Below the pieces are notes generated by a model, which worked only from the letters and a program-made list of their open reading frames with translations, was not told where the DNA came from and searched no databases. This document shows, in pieces, positions 61,694 to 64,000 of a stretch of 64,000 nt of DNA (the stretch's first letter is position 1; every line of letters starts with the position of its first letter). A program made the position numbers and the translations under genes. Source of the DNA: Candidatus Krumholzibacteriota bacterium (GTDB lineage: Bacteria; Krumholzibacteriota; Krumholzibacteriia; JAJRXK01); the NCBI GenBank assembly GCA_963727455.1, contig CAVSGG010000012.1, forward strand, positions 64,001 through 128,000, in the 5' to 3' direction.

Positions 61694-64000
61694 ATGAGGC
61701 ACTTGATCATCGGATGCATGATGAGCCTTCCCCTCGCGCTGGGCGTGGGTACTGCCCATGGCGTGCTCCTGGATGATTTCGAGTCCCTTGATTCCTGGAG
61801 CGCACATCCCGCGGACGGCGTTCAGCTCGAGCTCGTCTCAGACGAGGGAATGATCGGTAAGGCGATGCGCCTCGATTTCCATTTCAACGGTGGGGGCTAT
61901 GCAATCGCCAGGCGTGAGCTCGACCTCCCCTTGAGTGGTAACTACGAATTCCGTTTCTGGATGAAGGGAGAAGCTCCTAGCAACAACCTCGAGTTCAAGT
62001 TGATCGATGCAAGTAATGAGAATGTTTGGTGGAAGGTACGCCGGGACATGGTGTTCTCTAAAGAGTGGAAGCAAGTCAGAATCAAGAAACGACAGATCAG
62101 TTTCGCCTGGGGGCCTCGCGGAAGCGGAGATCTCGACCATGCCGCTGCGTTGGAGTTCGCCATCAGCGCTGGTTCCGGCGGCGAGGGACGGATCTGGATC
62201 GACCAACTCGAGCTCGTACCTCTTCCCCCCGAGAATTCCCCGCCCGCGGATCCTATCGTCACCTCATCTTCATCACGGCGGGGACACGAGGCCTTTCTGT
62301 CCGTGGATGGTGATCGCGATTCCTACTGGTCTCCACGCAAAGAAGATCTCTCACCTTGGCTTTTGGTCGACTTCTCCCGAACCAGAGAATTCAGCGCCCT
62401 GATCCTGGACTGGAAGCTACGATCCGGGGCGAGTGAGTATCGGGTAGAAGCGTCACTTGATTCCCTGAACTTCAGCGAGCTGCGGGTGGTCGTTGACGGC
62501 GCCGGTCACAGAGACCTCCTGTATCTACCCGAATCCGAAGCCCGCTACCTCCGCTTCCGATTCGAAGAGGGCAACGCCCCGACAGAGATGCAGCTTGCGG
62601 AGCTGAGGATCCAGGCGGTGGATTGGGCCCAATCGCGGGAGCAATTCTTCGAGCACATTGCGTCCGGGAGTTCCCGCGGCCTTTATCCCCGTGGATTCTG
62701 CGGTGAGCAGAGCTACTGGACCTTGGTTGGCCTGGACGGTGGCGCGGATGAAGGCTTGTTGAGCGAGGATGGAGCCTTGGAGTTTCGGCAAGGGTCGTTT
62801 TCGGTAGAGGCATTCCTGTTCTTCGGTGGTCGACTGATCAGCTGGGCCGACGTAGAGACCGAACAGAGTCTGGCGGAGGAGGGTGTCCCCATCCCATCGG
62901 TAAGTTGGACCGTGGGAGATCTGAGTCTGCGCACCCAGGCTTTCGCGGTGGGCCGTCCTGATTCATCCGCTCTCTTGGCGCGGTACAGCGTATACAATCG
63001 GGGCGACAAAGATCGCGTTCTGACCCTCTATCTCACGATTCGACCCTTCCAGGTAGATCCTCCCTCGCAGACCCTCAATCGGGCTGGCGGAACGGCGACC
63101 ATCGTTTCCCTGGAACAACGTTTGCCCACCGTCTTCGTCAATGAGCGGGATCGGGTGATCTCTCTCACTCCCGGCTGCGCGTTTGGATGTCTTGGATTCG
63201 ATGCCGGTGATATCGTCGTCGATTTCCTTCGACACGGATCGCTACCAAGCGCGCAACGGGTGGAAGACTCCTTCCAAGCTGCATCAGGAGCTCTCTCCTA
63301 CGCCCTTGAAGTTCCCGCGGGTAGGTCGGTGCAAGTACAGATTCTGATTCCACAGTCCCCTTCCTACAAGGCTCCGAGTCTGGAGAGCGATGACGCTTCG
63401 TTGGCCAGGTCTGAATCGAACTGGACCTCAACCCAATTCGAGGCCTCGCTTGCCAGCTGGCGAAAAGCCACGCGAACCGTGAGGGTAGATTTGCCCGAAT
63501 CCGCCAAATCGATCCAGCAGAGCCTCTACGCCCAACTTGCGTACATACTGGTGAACCGTGACGGCCCCGCCATTCAACCGGGTTCGCGTTCGTACGCCCG
63601 ATCCTGGATCCGGGACGGTACGCTCACCTCTAGCTCATTGCTTCGCCTCGGCCGAGCCGATGTCGTGCGCACATATCTTCGATGGTATGCGAAATTCCAG
63701 TACGAGAACGGCAAGGTGCCGTGCGCTGTTGATCATCGCGGCGCCGATCCGGTTCCAGAACACGACAGCAACGGTGAGTTCATCCATCTAGTCGCGGAGT
63801 ACTATCGTCATACACAGGACCTGGATCTCGCCCGCGAAATGTGGCCTCGGGTCCGCTCCGCCGTCGCCTATTTGGACTCCCTGCGCCAAGAAAACCTCGG
63901 CCCACAATCCACCACCGAAGCCGACAAGGCCATGAGGGGCATCCTCCCCCCATCCATCAGTCACGAAGGCTATTCGGCAAAGCCCATGCACTCCTACTGG
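61694..64000 (+). CDS. Secreted carbohydrate-binding/discoidin (F5/8 type C) protein with probable (alpha/alpha)6 glycosidase-like domain (3' end outside window)
   Basis: Manual translation of segments: signal peptide, LLDDFE...NNLEFKLID..NVWW, VDGDRDSYW, then ILVNRDGPAIQPGSRSYARSWIRDG...EHDSNGE...SISHEGY. Confidence 0.75.
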   Translation, partial: MRHLIIGCMMSLPLALGVGTAHGVLLDDFESLDSWSAHPADGVQLELVSDEGMIGKAMRLDFHFNGGGYAIARRELDLPLSGNYEFRFWMKGEAPSNNLEFKLIDASNENVWWKVRRDMVFSKEWKQVRIKKRQISFAWGPRGSGDLDHAAALEFAISAGSGGEGRIWIDQLELVPLPPENSPPADPIVTSSSSRRGHEAFLSVDGDRDSYWSPRKEDLSPWLLVDFSRTREFSALILDWKLRSGASEYRVEASLDSLNFSELRVVVDGAGHRDLLYLPESEARYLRFRFEEGNAPTEMQLAELRIQAVDWAQSREQFFEHIASGSSRGLYPRGFCGEQSYWTLVGLDGGADEGLLSEDGALEFRQGSFSVEAFLFFGGRLISWADVETEQSLAEEGVPIPSVSWTVGDLSLRTQAFAVGRPDSSALLARYSVYNRGDKDRVLTLYLTIRPFQVDPPSQTLNRAGGTATIVSLEQRLPTVFVNERDRVISLTPGCAFGCLGFDAGDIVVDFLRHGSLPSAQRVEDSFQAASGALSYALEVPAGRSVQVQILIPQSPSYKAPSLESDDASLARSESNWTSTQFEASLASWRKATRTVRVDLPESAKSIQQSLYAQLAYILVNRDGPAIQPGSRSYARSWIRDGTLTSSSLLRLGRADVVRTYLRWYAKFQYENGKVPCAVDHRGADPVPEHDSNGEFIHLVAEYYRHTQDLDLAREMWPRVRSAVAYLDSLRQENLGPQSTTEADKAMRGILPPSISHEGYSAKPMHSYW

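Noticed and set aside
1-64000. CRISPR arrays, tRNA/rRNA, IS elements, prophage genes
   Set aside because: None recognised by eye; the window is densely coding with short intergenic gaps.

Overview
High-GC bacterial chromosomal segment. Many single-base frameshifts fall in clearly essential genes, which suggests uncorrected long-read errors. A C-terminal PNPFNP/FlgD-Ig sorting domain and a Bacteroidota-like TonB cassette hint at an FCB-related lineage (inference). Contents in order: nuoA-L (complex I, fused nuoCD); pabB/pabC-like genes; parvulin; two tandem GAPDH paralogs, one degenerate; a beta-decarboxylating dehydrogenase; SSS symporter; DjlA; a two-pump RND system; MFS; a secreted START-like protein; an SCS-like ligase pair plus citryl-CoA lyase; M14 peptidase; a secreted three-repeat protein; thiGHS-leuCD-like-aldolase operon; metalloprotease; SppA; thioesterase. 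From about 44.7 kb a lower-GC block carries a hydrolase, a TonB/ExbBD/TPR/PstS-like cassette and a beta-1,2-glucan-type locus (GH144, GH1, GH94, ABC, discoidin/GH-like). The most striking signal is the secreted protein at 33926-36341. Its three NIGSSG[EQ]DGV repeats carry short, roughly in-register segments matching signature motifs of unrelated proteins: tyrosine-kinase PVRWMAPESL and HRDIAAR, and VgrG DPDRPIIVG. This suggests an undescribed diversification system that overwrites segments with short donor fragments. No rRNA, tRNA, CRISPR array, transposase or reverse transcriptase was recognised. All family assignments are by eye, without database searches.
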